A DNA stretch of 64,000 nt from a bacterium. GTDB lineage: Bacteria > JAAXHH01. How positions within the stretch are numbered: position 1 is the first letter of the stretch; each line of letters starts with the position of its first letter. The stretch is from the NCBI GenBank assembly GCA_963693015.1, contig OY843748.1, forward strand, positions 2,269,337 to 2,333,336, given 5' to 3'. A program made the position numbers and the translations under genes. The notes below the pieces were generated by a model, which had not been told where the DNA came from, made no database searches, and saw only the letters and a list, made by a program, of their open reading frames with translations. Shown here piece after piece: positions 9,516 to 18,201 of this stretch.

Positions 9516-9611
9516 CGAGAGGGGCGGCGCTGTCCCGTGAGCCCGTCTCCTGATCGGAGTCATCGAGAGGGGCGGCGCTGCCCCGTGAACCCGTCTTCTG
9601 AACGGAGTCTT
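9516..9611 (+). repeat. Two-copy 48-bp tandem duplication in 5' leader of OCD gene
   Basis: cgagaggggcggcgctg(t/c)cccgtga(g/a)cccgtct(c/t)ctga(t/a)cggagtc at 9516 and 9564. Confidence 0.9.
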
Positions 9612-9613
9612 CC

Positions 9614-10600
9614 ATGAGCCAGGTGCGTCTTCTATCAAGGTCGGATATGGCTTCCGTCCTCACCATGCCGGACGTGATCGAGGCCGTGGAAGCAGGATTT
9701 CGCTCCGCAGGCGAAAAAGACGATGTACCCGTCCGCCTGCCCGTCCGGGTCGCCGACCGTCCCTCGGTCGCCCTCTTCATGCCGGCCTATCTCCACGGTT
9801 CCGGTACGCTGGGCGCCAAGGTCGTTTCCGCCTTCCACGACAATCCTGCCAGGGGCCTGCCGATGATCACGGGGTTTTACGTCCTGTGCGACGCCGAGAC
9901 CGGCCGGCTCATCGCCCTCATGGACGCCACGTACCTCACCGGCATACGGACGGCGGCGGCGTCCGCCGTGGCCACGAAGTACCTGGCCCGTGAAGACGTG
10001 AAGGTACTGGGCATAATCGGAACGGGCGTTCAGGGCCGGTTTCACGTGGACGCGATCCGTGCCGTCCGGCCCATCGAACGGATCGTCGTGTACAACAGGA
10101 CGACCGAGCGGGGCCGTGCTTTCGTGGATGAACTGGCATCCGAGGGGACGTCCTGCCGGCTGGCAGACACCGCCGCCGAATGCGCGGGCGAAGCGGACGT
10201 GCTGGCGGTCTGCACGTCCGGCAAGACGCCGCTCTTCGACGGCGGCGCGATTCGTCCCGGCACCCACGTGAACGCCGTGGGCGTCTTCACCGCCGACTCG
10301 CAGGAACTGGACGCCAAATTGATCCGGCGGGCCCGTGTCTACGTGGATACGTACGAAGGCGCCTTCGAAGAAGCGGGCGACATCCTCGTCCCCCTGCGCG
10401 CGGGCGACCTCGCCCGGGATCACGTCCGGGCGGAATTGACCGAACTCGTCACGGGCAGGAAGGCCGGGCGTACCGGTGAAGCGGAGATCACGGTGTTCAA
10501 GTCCGTGGGTTACGCCATGGAAGACGCGGTCACCGCCAGGCTGGCCTTCGAACGGGCAACGGCTTCCGGGACCGGCGCCGTCTTCGACCTGGAAGCATGA
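9614..10600 (+). CDS. Ornithine cyclodeaminase / mu-crystallin family protein
   Basis: LTGIRTAAASAVA, GIIGTGVQG, HVNAVG, FKSVGYAMED. Confidence 0.9.
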   Translation: MSQVRLLSRSDMASVLTMPDVIEAVEAGFRSAGEKDDVPVRLPVRVADRPSVALFMPAYLHGSGTLGAKVVSAFHDNPARGLPMITGFYVLCDAETGRLIALMDATYLTGIRTAAASAVATKYLAREDVKVLGIIGTGVQGRFHVDAIRAVRPIERIVVYNRTTERGRAFVDELASEGTSCRLADTAAECAGEADVLAVCTSGKTPLFDGGAIRPGTHVNAVGVFTADSQELDAKLIRRARVYVDTYEGAFEEAGDILVPLRAGDLARDHVRAELTELVTGRKAGRTGEAEITVFKSVGYAMEDAVTARLAFERATASGTGAVFDLEA

Positions 10601-11658
10601 AGCGCGTGCTGATCATCCGGTCCGGCGCGGTCGGCGACCTCATCCTCACCCTCCCCGTACTCGCCGCGCTGAAGAAGTGCTACAGCGGCATATCCATCGA
10701 CATGATGGGCGACCCGGGCCGCCTTTCGCTGCTGAAGCAGTACGGTCACGTGGACGAGGTGCTGTCGATCGACAGCCGGAAATTCACTCCCTTGTTCGCG
10801 ACCGGCGGTGCACCCGAGACCGGCGGTGCACCCGAGACCGGCGGTGCGCCCGCGACCGGCGGTGCGCCCGCGGCCGATGCCGGTCCAGCGCTGCACATGC
10901 TTCATTCATACGACGCGATCATATCCTACCTTCCTGATGCCGGAGGGGTGTTTGAGGACAACCTTCGAAAATTCGCGTCCGGTCCGGTGCTTACAGGGCG
11001 GTCCCGACCCTCCGCCGGCCGCAGAATCCACGTGACCCGCGTGTTGATGGACGTCCTGAAGCCCCTGGACGTGGACACCTTCCCCGATCCACCCGAGATT
11101 CCTCCCATGTTGAGCGGCCCGGCGGATGACACGCGTAACCTGGCTTCGGACAGAACACCGATCGCCATACATCCTGGCAGCGGCGGACCGGCGAAATGCT
11201 GGCCGGCCGAGCGTTACACGGCGCTGATCGAATGCCTGGTCGACAGGGGCTACCGGCCGGTAGTAACCTTCGGGCCGGCGGACGACACGGTTCGCCGCCG
11301 CATTCTGCCTCGGATAAAGGCCCGTGACGCGCTTATCGTGCAGGACCGACCGCTCGTCGACATGGCCGCCCTCTACGCCCGGTGCCGGGCGATGATTGGC
11401 AATGATTCGGGTATGACCCACCTTGCCTCGGCGCTTGGCAGGCCGGTCATTGCCCTCTTCGGGCCGACCGATCCGGCCGTCTGGGGTCCCAGGGGGAAGG
11501 CGGTACGCATACTGTGGGGAGGCGGGGAGATCGGGCCAGATGTGGGCGGGTTGACCTGGATGGAGCCTTTTCGCCCACGCAGCCTTGCAGATATCGCCGT
11601 GGAAGCACCCCTCCGAATGCTATTGAATCTCGGCGTAACGGCCGGCACTGCGGTTTAA
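10597..11658 (+). CDS. Glycosyltransferase family 9 (heptosyltransferase-like)
   Basis: IIRSGAVGDLIL, IHPGSGGPAKCWP, IGNDSGMTHLA, LFGPTDP..WGP. Confidence 0.9.
   Translation: MKRVLIIRSGAVGDLILTLPVLAALKKCYSGISIDMMGDPGRLSLLKQYGHVDEVLSIDSRKFTPLFATGGAPETGGAPETGGAPATGGAPAADAGPALHMLHSYDAIISYLPDAGGVFEDNLRKFASGPVLTGRSRPSAGRRIHVTRVLMDVLKPLDVDTFPDPPEIPPMLSGPADDTRNLASDRTPIAIHPGSGGPAKCWPAERYTALIECLVDRGYRPVVTFGPADDTVRRRILPRIKARDALIVQDRPLVDMAALYARCRAMIGNDSGMTHLASALGRPVIALFGPTDPAVWGPRGKAVRILWGGGEIGPDVGGLTWMEPFRPRSLADIAVEAPLRMLLNLGVTAGTAV
10801..10872 (+). repeat. In-frame 18-bp x4 repeat (TGGAPE/TGGAPA) in GT9
   Basis: accggcggtgcacccgag-type units at 10801, 10819, 10837, 10855. Confidence 0.9.
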
Positions 11659-11735
11659 ATCAGTTTCAAGAGATAGAGGTAGTGCTACGTATATACAAAG
11701 TAGATACACAGGAAACACGACGATGTGGAAGCCGC

Positions 11736-11764
11736 TTGACACGATTTCCACGATGTGCTAAGTT
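11736..11764 (+). promoter_or_regulatory. Sigma70-type promoter, probably giving a leaderless transcript
   Basis: TTGACA 11736-11741, 17-bp spacer, TAAGTT 11759-11764, ATG 7 nt later, no SD; inverted repeat GTGGAA(11725-30)-N15-TTCCAC(11746-51) straddles the -35. Confidence 0.65.
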
Positions 11765-11771
11765 CGGCGAC

Positions 11772-12053
11772 ATGCGACCAGATCGATACACGCTGTTGCG
11801 GTTAGGCGCGGTAATCGCGCTCGCCTTGTTCGTACTCTCGACGACGCCACACAACCACGACGACGCCGAATGCGACGACTGCACCTGCGTGCCCTGCCTC
11901 GTCCAGGGCCTCCCGCTGATCGATACCACCGACCGCTCCGGCGCGCAGGAAACCCCCGATGCATCGGTACGGCGAATCCCCTTCGTCTCTGCCCTGGATC
12001 ACCCCCGCAATGCCGAGATCCACGGCAAGGACTCCCGGGCGCCGCCCGCCTGA
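11772..12053 (+). CDS. DUF2946-like His/Cys leader protein ending in RAPP (putative metal-responsive arrest uORF)
   Basis: 93 aa: signal/TM segment, PHNHDDAECDDCTCVPC, C-terminal SRAPPA*. Confidence 0.75.
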   Translation: MRPDRYTLLRLGAVIALALFVLSTTPHNHDDAECDDCTCVPCLVQGLPLIDTTDRSGAQETPDASVRRIPFVSALDHPRNAEIHGKDSRAPPA

Positions 12054-12241
12054 ATACCCCTCCAGTCCCATGGCAGGTTCATTCGCTGATGCCCCGCTCC
12101 GTTACCGGTCGATTGATGACCGCCGGTCCGTCGAGGACCACCCGGCGCATTGGCGATCGTTTTTCCCGTATTTGACGATCCACAGGTGCGCCGCCGCCGC
12201 GCCGACGATCTCGTATATCCCATTTCCCGGAGGGTGAGTCC

Positions 12242-13048
12242 ATGGAATCCGGTCTGGTATCCCGGATGAATCATGAAAACGAAGCAGGGACGGTCGATGC
12301 ACCTGACAGGCGGCCCCCGGTTGCCGATGGGGCATCGACCCCTGTGCTCGAGGCACGGGCGCTGTCCAAGCGATACGGCGAGCTGGAGGCCGTTACCGGC
12401 CTCGACCTTCGCGTGGAGCCATCGGAAATCTACTGTCTCCTTGGCCCCAACGGCGCCGGCAAGACGACTACGATCCATCTTTTCCTGGGGTTTCTGGAAC
12501 CGACGTCCGGAAGCGCGCACGTGATGGGTATGGACGTCGCCGACGAGCCCCTGAAGTCCAAAAACCACCTGGCCTATATTCCCGAGCAGGTCATGCTCTA
12601 CCGCAACCTGAGCGGCCTGGAAAACCTGGCTTACTTCTCGGCGCTGGGCGGGAAGGAGTCCCTGTCACCGGAAAGACTTTCCGAGATCCTCGTCGAAGCG
12701 GGTCTGCAGACGGAAGCGGTACATTCCCGCGTCTCCGAATACTCCAAGGGTATGCGGCAGAAAGTCGGCATCGCGATCGCCATCGCCAAGGAGGCCGACG
12801 CCCTGCTCCTCGACGAACCGACGTCGGGCCTCGATCCCCAGGCGTCGAATGAATTCTCCGAATTGCTCGAACGGCTCAAGGAACGGGGCGTCGCGGTGCT
12901 CATGGCGACCCACGACCTGTTCCGCGCAAAGGAGTCCGGCACGCGGATCGGAATCATGCGGTATGGGCGTCTCGTCGCGGAGATGACGACCGATGAAATC
13001 GGCCACGCGGACCTCGAACGCATCTACCTGGATCACATGCACGAATAG
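12242..13048 (+). CDS. ABC transporter ATP-binding protein
   Basis: GPNGAGKTT, YSKGMRQK, LLLDEPTSGLDP, ATHD. Confidence 0.95.
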   Translation: MESGLVSRMNHENEAGTVDAPDRRPPVADGASTPVLEARALSKRYGELEAVTGLDLRVEPSEIYCLLGPNGAGKTTTIHLFLGFLEPTSGSAHVMGMDVADEPLKSKNHLAYIPEQVMLYRNLSGLENLAYFSALGGKESLSPERLSEILVEAGLQTEAVHSRVSEYSKGMRQKVGIAIAIAKEADALLLDEPTSGLDPQASNEFSELLERLKERGVAVLMATHDLFRAKESGTRIGIMRYGRLVAEMTTDEIGHADLERIYLDHMHE

Positions 13049-13057
13049 GAGCCGACC

Positions 13058-14467
13058 ATGATCGGGCATATTGTCCGCAAGGAGTTTATGGACGTGGTGC
13101 GGGACGGACGCTTCCGATGGTGCGCCGCGCTGGTAGGCGCCCTGCTCCTGGTCTCGCTGGGCACCGGCTGGGTCCAGGCGCGCAACGCGCAGAAGGAACT
13201 GGCCGCCGCGCAGGCCACCGCCCGTGATCACTGGGAATCGCAGGGCGAGAAGAACCCCCATTCCGCGGCCCACTACGGCGTCTACGCCTTCAAGCCCCGG
13301 CTGGCGTTGTCCTTTGTCGACGAGGGCGTGGATTCCTACGCGGGGACGTCGGTATTTCTGGAGGCCCACAGGCAGAACGATTTCCTGCTGCGCCCGGCAC
13401 AGGACGCGACACCCGCGCAGCGCTTCGGCGCCTTGACGGCGGCGCAGGTCCTGCAGCACCTGGTGCCGCTGCTCATCATCCTTTTGACCTTCGGCGCCTT
13501 CGCCGGCGAGCGGGAGCGAGGTACGCTGCGCCAGTTGCTGGCTACGGGCGTCGGACGCCTTGAACTCGCATTCGGCAAGGCCCTCGGCGTAGCCGCCGCC
13601 CTGGCGCTGCTCCTGGTACCCGCGGCACTCGTCGGGGCGGCCGCCATCGTCATAGGAAGCCCCGGACCGGCGGCATCCCCTATGGTCCGCGGCGCCGTGC
13701 TGACCGCCGTGTACCTGGTTTATTTCGCGACGTTTATCGGGCTGTCCCTCGCCGTCTCGGCAAGGGCCCCTTCGGCGCGGGCCGCACTGGTGGTTCTGCT
13801 GGCCGTCTGGGTGGTTAACGGCCTCGTGGCGCCGCGTGTCGCGGTGGATCTGTCGAAGTGGCTGTACCCGACGCCCTCGGCGGTGGAGTTCGCTCAAACA
13901 ATTCGCAAGGAGATGGCCGGTGGCGTGGACGGCATCGAGCGTCCCGACCGGGCCGCTTCGACGCAGGAACTGCTCGATCAGTACAACCTGGAAAACGTCG
14001 AGGACCTCCCAATAAACGCCATTGGCGTCTTTCTGCAGAAGAGCGAGGAATTCGGCAACCAGATCTACGACCGCAATTACGGTGCCCTGTGGAGCACCTT
14101 CGAGCGCCAGGGATACGTGCACGAAGCGCTTGCGGTGACGGCGCCCCTGCTGGCGATCCGGACGCTATCCATGGGCTTGGCCGGGACCGACGTCGAACAG
14201 CACCGGCACTTCGCCGCCGCCGCGGAGGAATACCGCCGGGCGTTGGTGGAGCGCCTGAACAACGAGTTAACCGAAAACTCACGCACCGGTGAAGTTTATC
14301 TCGCCGCCGCCGATCTCTGGTCGCACGTGCCGCCCTTCCGCTACGACGCTCCGACGGTGGAGTGGATCCTGCAGAACCGGGTCCTGTCGCTTCTGGTGCT
14401 GGGGCTGTGGCTGGCCGGTGCGTTTGCGGCCGTAGTGGCCGCCGTGCGCCGTGCGGAGGTGGCCTGA
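13058..14467 (+). CDS. ABC-2 type permease, DUF3526 family
   Basis: KNPHSAAHYGVYAFKP, GERERGTLRQLLA, multiple TMs. Confidence 0.85.
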   Translation: MIGHIVRKEFMDVVRDGRFRWCAALVGALLLVSLGTGWVQARNAQKELAAAQATARDHWESQGEKNPHSAAHYGVYAFKPRLALSFVDEGVDSYAGTSVFLEAHRQNDFLLRPAQDATPAQRFGALTAAQVLQHLVPLLIILLTFGAFAGERERGTLRQLLATGVGRLELAFGKALGVAAALALLLVPAALVGAAAIVIGSPGPAASPMVRGAVLTAVYLVYFATFIGLSLAVSARAPSARAALVVLLAVWVVNGLVAPRVAVDLSKWLYPTPSAVEFAQTIRKEMAGGVDGIERPDRAASTQELLDQYNLENVEDLPINAIGVFLQKSEEFGNQIYDRNYGALWSTFERQGYVHEALAVTAPLLAIRTLSMGLAGTDVEQHRHFAAAAEEYRRALVERLNNELTENSRTGEVYLAAADLWSHVPPFRYDAPTVEWILQNRVLSLLVLGLWLAGAFAAVVAAVRRAEVA

Positions 14468-14469
14468 CC

Positions 14470-15918
14470 ATGGGGACCATGACTACGAAGACCATCCTGG
14501 CAAACGAGTGGCGGCTTCTTGCCGCCGACCGTATCCTGCGGATCGTACTGCCGCTTTTTGTCGTCCTCTTCGCCTACGCGCTGGCCAACGGCATGGCCTG
14601 GGTCCGTTTCCAGGAACGTACGGTGCAGGTCGTGCGTGACGGGAACGTCGAACGGACCGACGCGTTGGAACGCGAACTGATCGCCATTGAAAACGGAAGC
14701 CAGCCGTCCTCCCCCTTCCGCGACCCCCGCGCCGCCAACGTGATGGGCGGCGCACGGGGGGCCCGGTCCGTCGCGCTGGACCCCGGACCCCTGACCGCCC
14801 TGGCGGTGGGGCAAAGCGATCTCCTGCCTTATTACTACGATGTCAGCATCAACACCAACGAGTCCACCTTCCTTCAGAACGGCGAGGTGGAGAATCCCCT
14901 GAACCTCATGGTCGGACGATTCGACCTGGCCTTCGTGGCGGTCTACCTGCTGCCCCTGCTCGTACTGGCCCTGAGTTTCAACGTGCTGTCCGGGGAGCGG
15001 GAGCAAGGCACCCTGGCGCTGACGCTTTCGCAACCCGTGTCGGTGCGCCGCGTCGTGGCCACGAAACTCGCCTTCCGGGCGCTGCTGGTCATGGCCGTGG
15101 CCATCGGGGTGTCGGCACTCGGAATACTGATCACAGGCAGCCTCGGATCGTCGGAGCCTTCCGGCAGGGCGCTGCTGTGGTGTGCGGCGCTGACCGTATA
15201 CGCACTGTTCTGGTTCTCGCTTACCGCGTGGGTAAACAGCCTGGGTCGGTCCTCCGCGTGGAACGCCACGGTGCTGGTGGGCGCCTGGCTCGTACTGGTG
15301 GTGGTGCTGCCGGCCGCAATCAATATCGCGGCGGGCCTGTTCCACCCGTTGCCCTCCCGCGTGGAGATGATCACTGCCCAGCGCGAAGCCTCGAACGATG
15401 CGGTAAGCCGCCGCAGCGAACTGCTCGCCCGCTACCTCGAGGACCATCCGGAACTGGCGGGTGGCGCGGTTGCGGATGAGTCCAACAGGGCGGCCCTCGC
15501 CTGGGCCGCCACGGAAGCAGTCAACCGGCGCCTGGAGGAGGTGTCGGCGCAGCACCGGCTACGGCGCGAAGAGCAAAGTGAACTGGTCCGTCGATACCGG
15601 TTCCTTTCCCCCGCGCTCCTGGTCCAGGAAATGCTTATCGACGCGGCGGGAACAGGTGACGCGCGGTACGCCCGGTTCCAGTCGCAGGTACGCGGATTCG
15701 CAGATCAGTGGCGTTCCTTCTTCGTGCCGGCGATACTGGCCGGAGAGAAGATGTCGGCGGAGGTGCTTCCCAAGGTACCGAAGTTTCAGTTCGTAGACGA
15801 GTCATTCGCTGACGTGAGCCGGCGCGCCGCGGTACCGTTTTCGACGCTGACCATACTGGTCGGACTGGTGAGCGCGGGTGCCTGGATCGGTCTGGGAAGG
15901 GTGCGCGGCGCCGGATGA
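14470..15918 (+). CDS. ABC-2 type permease, DUF3526 family (second paralog)
   Basis: LAVGQSDLLP, NPLNLMVGRFDLAFVAVYLLPL, GEREQGTL; ATG at 14470 just after upstream stop. Confidence 0.85.
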   Translation: MGTMTTKTILANEWRLLAADRILRIVLPLFVVLFAYALANGMAWVRFQERTVQVVRDGNVERTDALERELIAIENGSQPSSPFRDPRAANVMGGARGARSVALDPGPLTALAVGQSDLLPYYYDVSINTNESTFLQNGEVENPLNLMVGRFDLAFVAVYLLPLLVLALSFNVLSGEREQGTLALTLSQPVSVRRVVATKLAFRALLVMAVAIGVSALGILITGSLGSSEPSGRALLWCAALTVYALFWFSLTAWVNSLGRSSAWNATVLVGAWLVLVVVLPAAINIAAGLFHPLPSRVEMITAQREASNDAVSRRSELLARYLEDHPELAGGAVADESNRAALAWAATEAVNRRLEEVSAQHRLRREEQSELVRRYRFLSPALLVQEMLIDAAGTGDARYARFQSQVRGFADQWRSFFVPAILAGEKMSAEVLPKVPKFQFVDESFADVSRRAAVPFSTLTILVGLVSAGAWIGLGRVRGAG

Positions 15919-15955
15919 GCCGGCTTCGGCAGTCTTCCAGAGATATGGAGAAGAT

Positions 15956-16354
15956 ATGATACGATATATCAGTCGAGGAGCCGTCGACAACGCCGGCGTG
16001 TTCCTTTCCTCGGCGTGCGCGGTCCATTGCATGGCCGTGCCGCTGCTGGTGACGTTCCTGCCGCTTGTGGGGCTGGGTTTTCTTGCCAGTGAACCCGCCG
16101 AATTCGCCATAGTCGGCGCCGTCCTGCTGGCAGTCGGGAGCGTGGTCGCGGGCGTCAGGTACCACAGGCGATACCGGGCGTTTCTCACGCTCGTGTTGGC
16201 CGTGGGGGTTATCACAGCGGGTTACATCGCGGCCGAAGGGAGCTTCGAGGTGATCCTCCATGTAACCGGTGGTGTCCTGCTCGCGGCAACCCATCTGCTG
16301 AACCGGCACCTGTGCAGGACGTGTCCCGCGGCGGAATGCGGACCGGCTCGTTAG
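15956..16354 (+). CDS. MerC-domain membrane protein
   Basis: DNAGVFLSSACAVHCMAVPLL, four TMs, HLLNRHLCRTC C-terminus. Confidence 0.8.
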   Translation: MIRYISRGAVDNAGVFLSSACAVHCMAVPLLVTFLPLVGLGFLASEPAEFAIVGAVLLAVGSVVAGVRYHRRYRAFLTLVLAVGVITAGYIAAEGSFEVILHVTGGVLLAATHLLNRHLCRTCPAAECGPAR

Positions 16355-16396
16355 ACTTCCTGTACGTCATAGCATCGGCAGGGTCTACCGAGCTTC

Positions 16397-16999
16397 TCAA
16401 GGTGAGATGGCGTTGGGATTCCTTGTCCTGATCTGTTCGACCAACGTGTCGAAGAATACATCGAACGGCTGTGACACCCGCAGTATTGCCGGCCCTGTAT
16501 TGAAATCCACTTCCACCAGCGCGAAGTCTTCTACTGTCCCAGTAGTCCAGGACGGAGGGCGTCGGCCCGATAGGGAGCGAACACGATTTCGAAAGAGATC
16601 GCACCATGTAGAACCGTGCTTAGTGGAATAGCTGTCCTCGGCAACGTTGAAGATCATGATGTAGCCGATCACGATCTCCGGTGAGTGAAGCTGTGCGTTC
16701 GTGACTTCGCCGATCATGTCGTCAATCCGGTTGGGGACGGTCCCGCCAAGGTTTTTCAGAATCGATTTCATAGAGACTCCCAGCCGGTATTTGCCGTCGT
16801 AGCGCCAGGCGACGTCCCATTTTTTGTCGCGACCTCCACCAGGAATCGTGGCTTCTTTCTCGACGTCTGTCAAGCCGCGCCGATTAAACTCCTGCACGCA
16901 GAAATCTGCTAACACTTCAAGTCGTGCGGTCGAAGTTGCCTTTTTCTCCGTGACGGCAATGCGGTACAGATCGTCGACAGCCGCCTGAGCAGTTATCAA
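16397..16999 (-). CDS. Putative Type II restriction endonuclease (PD-(D/E)xK fold)
   Basis: KKWDVAW...GVSMKS...NRIDDMIGE resembles XhoI/PaeR7I-like D...xK(S)...NR.EE..G layout; TTG start overlaps the methylase stop. Confidence 0.65.
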   Translation of the reverse strand: MITAQAAVDDLYRIAVTEKKATSTARLEVLADFCVQEFNRRGLTDVEKEATIPGGGRDKKWDVAWRYDGKYRLGVSMKSILKNLGGTVPNRIDDMIGEVTNAQLHSPEIVIGYIMIFNVAEDSYSTKHGSTWCDLFRNRVRSLSGRRPPSWTTGTVEDFALVEVDFNTGPAILRVSQPFDVFFDTLVEQIRTRNPNAISP

Positions 17000-18009
17000 G
17001 CGCTTACCTCCCTCCCAGCCACAGGTAATCCCCTTTTCGCTTCGATCTCACCAGTACGTATTTCAACCTTTTTTAACAGGCTGGCAGTCTTTCTAACGAA
17101 ACGATCTACGGCCTTACCGTAGTAGACAGGGTCGACTTCGATGCCGATACTGTTACGGCCACACTTGGCGGCGGCAATCTGGGTCGACGCCGTCCCGGTA
17201 AAAGGATCAAGTACCGTGTCACCTACAAAGCTGAACATCCTGACTAAACGATCGGCCAGGGCGACCGGAAAAGGGGCAGGATGGTCTCGGGTCGATGCGC
17301 CGGCTATGTCGGTCCAGATCTGGCGGAAGTGTGTTTTAAAACTCTCCTCGGATAGCAGACTCAGTGTCCTCGCGGCCACGCTTGGTTTTCGGTAGCCACC
17401 GGGCTTCCGTTGCATCAATATGAACTCTATGTCGTTCTTGATCACGGCATTGGGTTCGTACGGTTTGCCCAGGAAACCGCCTGTCCCACGCTCCACTTCA
17501 TGTGCTACGTTTGCGATCTTGTGCCATATTATAGGCGCAAGATTGTCGAACCCGATTTTTCTGCACCTGTCCTGAATGGAAGCGTGCAGGGGAACTACAG
17601 TATGGCGGCCATCGTTCTTGCGGCGCGAAAGGCAGACGTCACCTACCACGCAGATGAGCCGTCCCCCGGGCACTAGCGCTTGATGGCAAACGCTCCATAC
17701 CTCATCCAGTTGTTCGAGGAACTCATCGTAGTGCGTGATCCAACCCAATTGACCTTCCGTACGCCGGTATTGCTTCAGGGTCCAGTACGGTGGCGACGTA
17801 AGCACGAGATGGACTGATGCTTCGGGCAGGACTGCGCGGCGCGCGTCTCCGAGCAGGAGTCGATGATGCGTCGGTATCTGTTCCACCGCGGCCGAAATCA
17901 TCGACATGCCGGCAGGATCTTTCGCGATCCTCGGCAGGTCGCGCGAGGGATCGTCCAGATGCCTGAACTGTTCTGGTACGAAAGCGGCGAGCGGCACAGG
18001 TTCGTTCAT
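16996..18009 (-). CDS. Site-specific DNA amino-methyltransferase, beta class (N4-C likely)
   Basis: Motif IV LTSPPY precedes HPAPFP and motif I VLDPFTGTAST. Confidence 0.9.
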   Translation of the reverse strand: MNEPVPLAAFVPEQFRHLDDPSRDLPRIAKDPAGMSMISAAVEQIPTHHRLLLGDARRAVLPEASVHLVLTSPPYWTLKQYRRTEGQLGWITHYDEFLEQLDEVWSVCHQALVPGGRLICVVGDVCLSRRKNDGRHTVVPLHASIQDRCRKIGFDNLAPIIWHKIANVAHEVERGTGGFLGKPYEPNAVIKNDIEFILMQRKPGGYRKPSVAARTLSLLSEESFKTHFRQIWTDIAGASTRDHPAPFPVALADRLVRMFSFVGDTVLDPFTGTASTQIAAAKCGRNSIGIEVDPVYYGKAVDRFVRKTASLLKKVEIRTGEIEAKRGLPVAGREVSA

Positions 18010-18201
18010 CTTTCTGTCTGTGAGTCTGCTGTGATAGTAGATTAGGGTACAAATACAGACCGGGTCCGATTTCCCTCTTTAGTAGAAATTACCCGATTTG
18101 TCTAGTCGACACAAAGCAAATCAGATGTTCAATGCCGAAATAGGAGTCCACAAGACGAATGTGCTCGAAGCGGACGGCGTACCGTCTCAGTCTTGCAATG
18201 G

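Noticed and set aside
9481-9611. tmRNA 5'-end-like (gggggcaattggtttc) and SAM-I-like (gagagg...ctg.cccg.tga) similarity
   Set aside because: No tRNA-like 3' end or tag ORF; SAM-I GCAAC and P1 AUC/GAU elements absent. An Rfam scan would settle it
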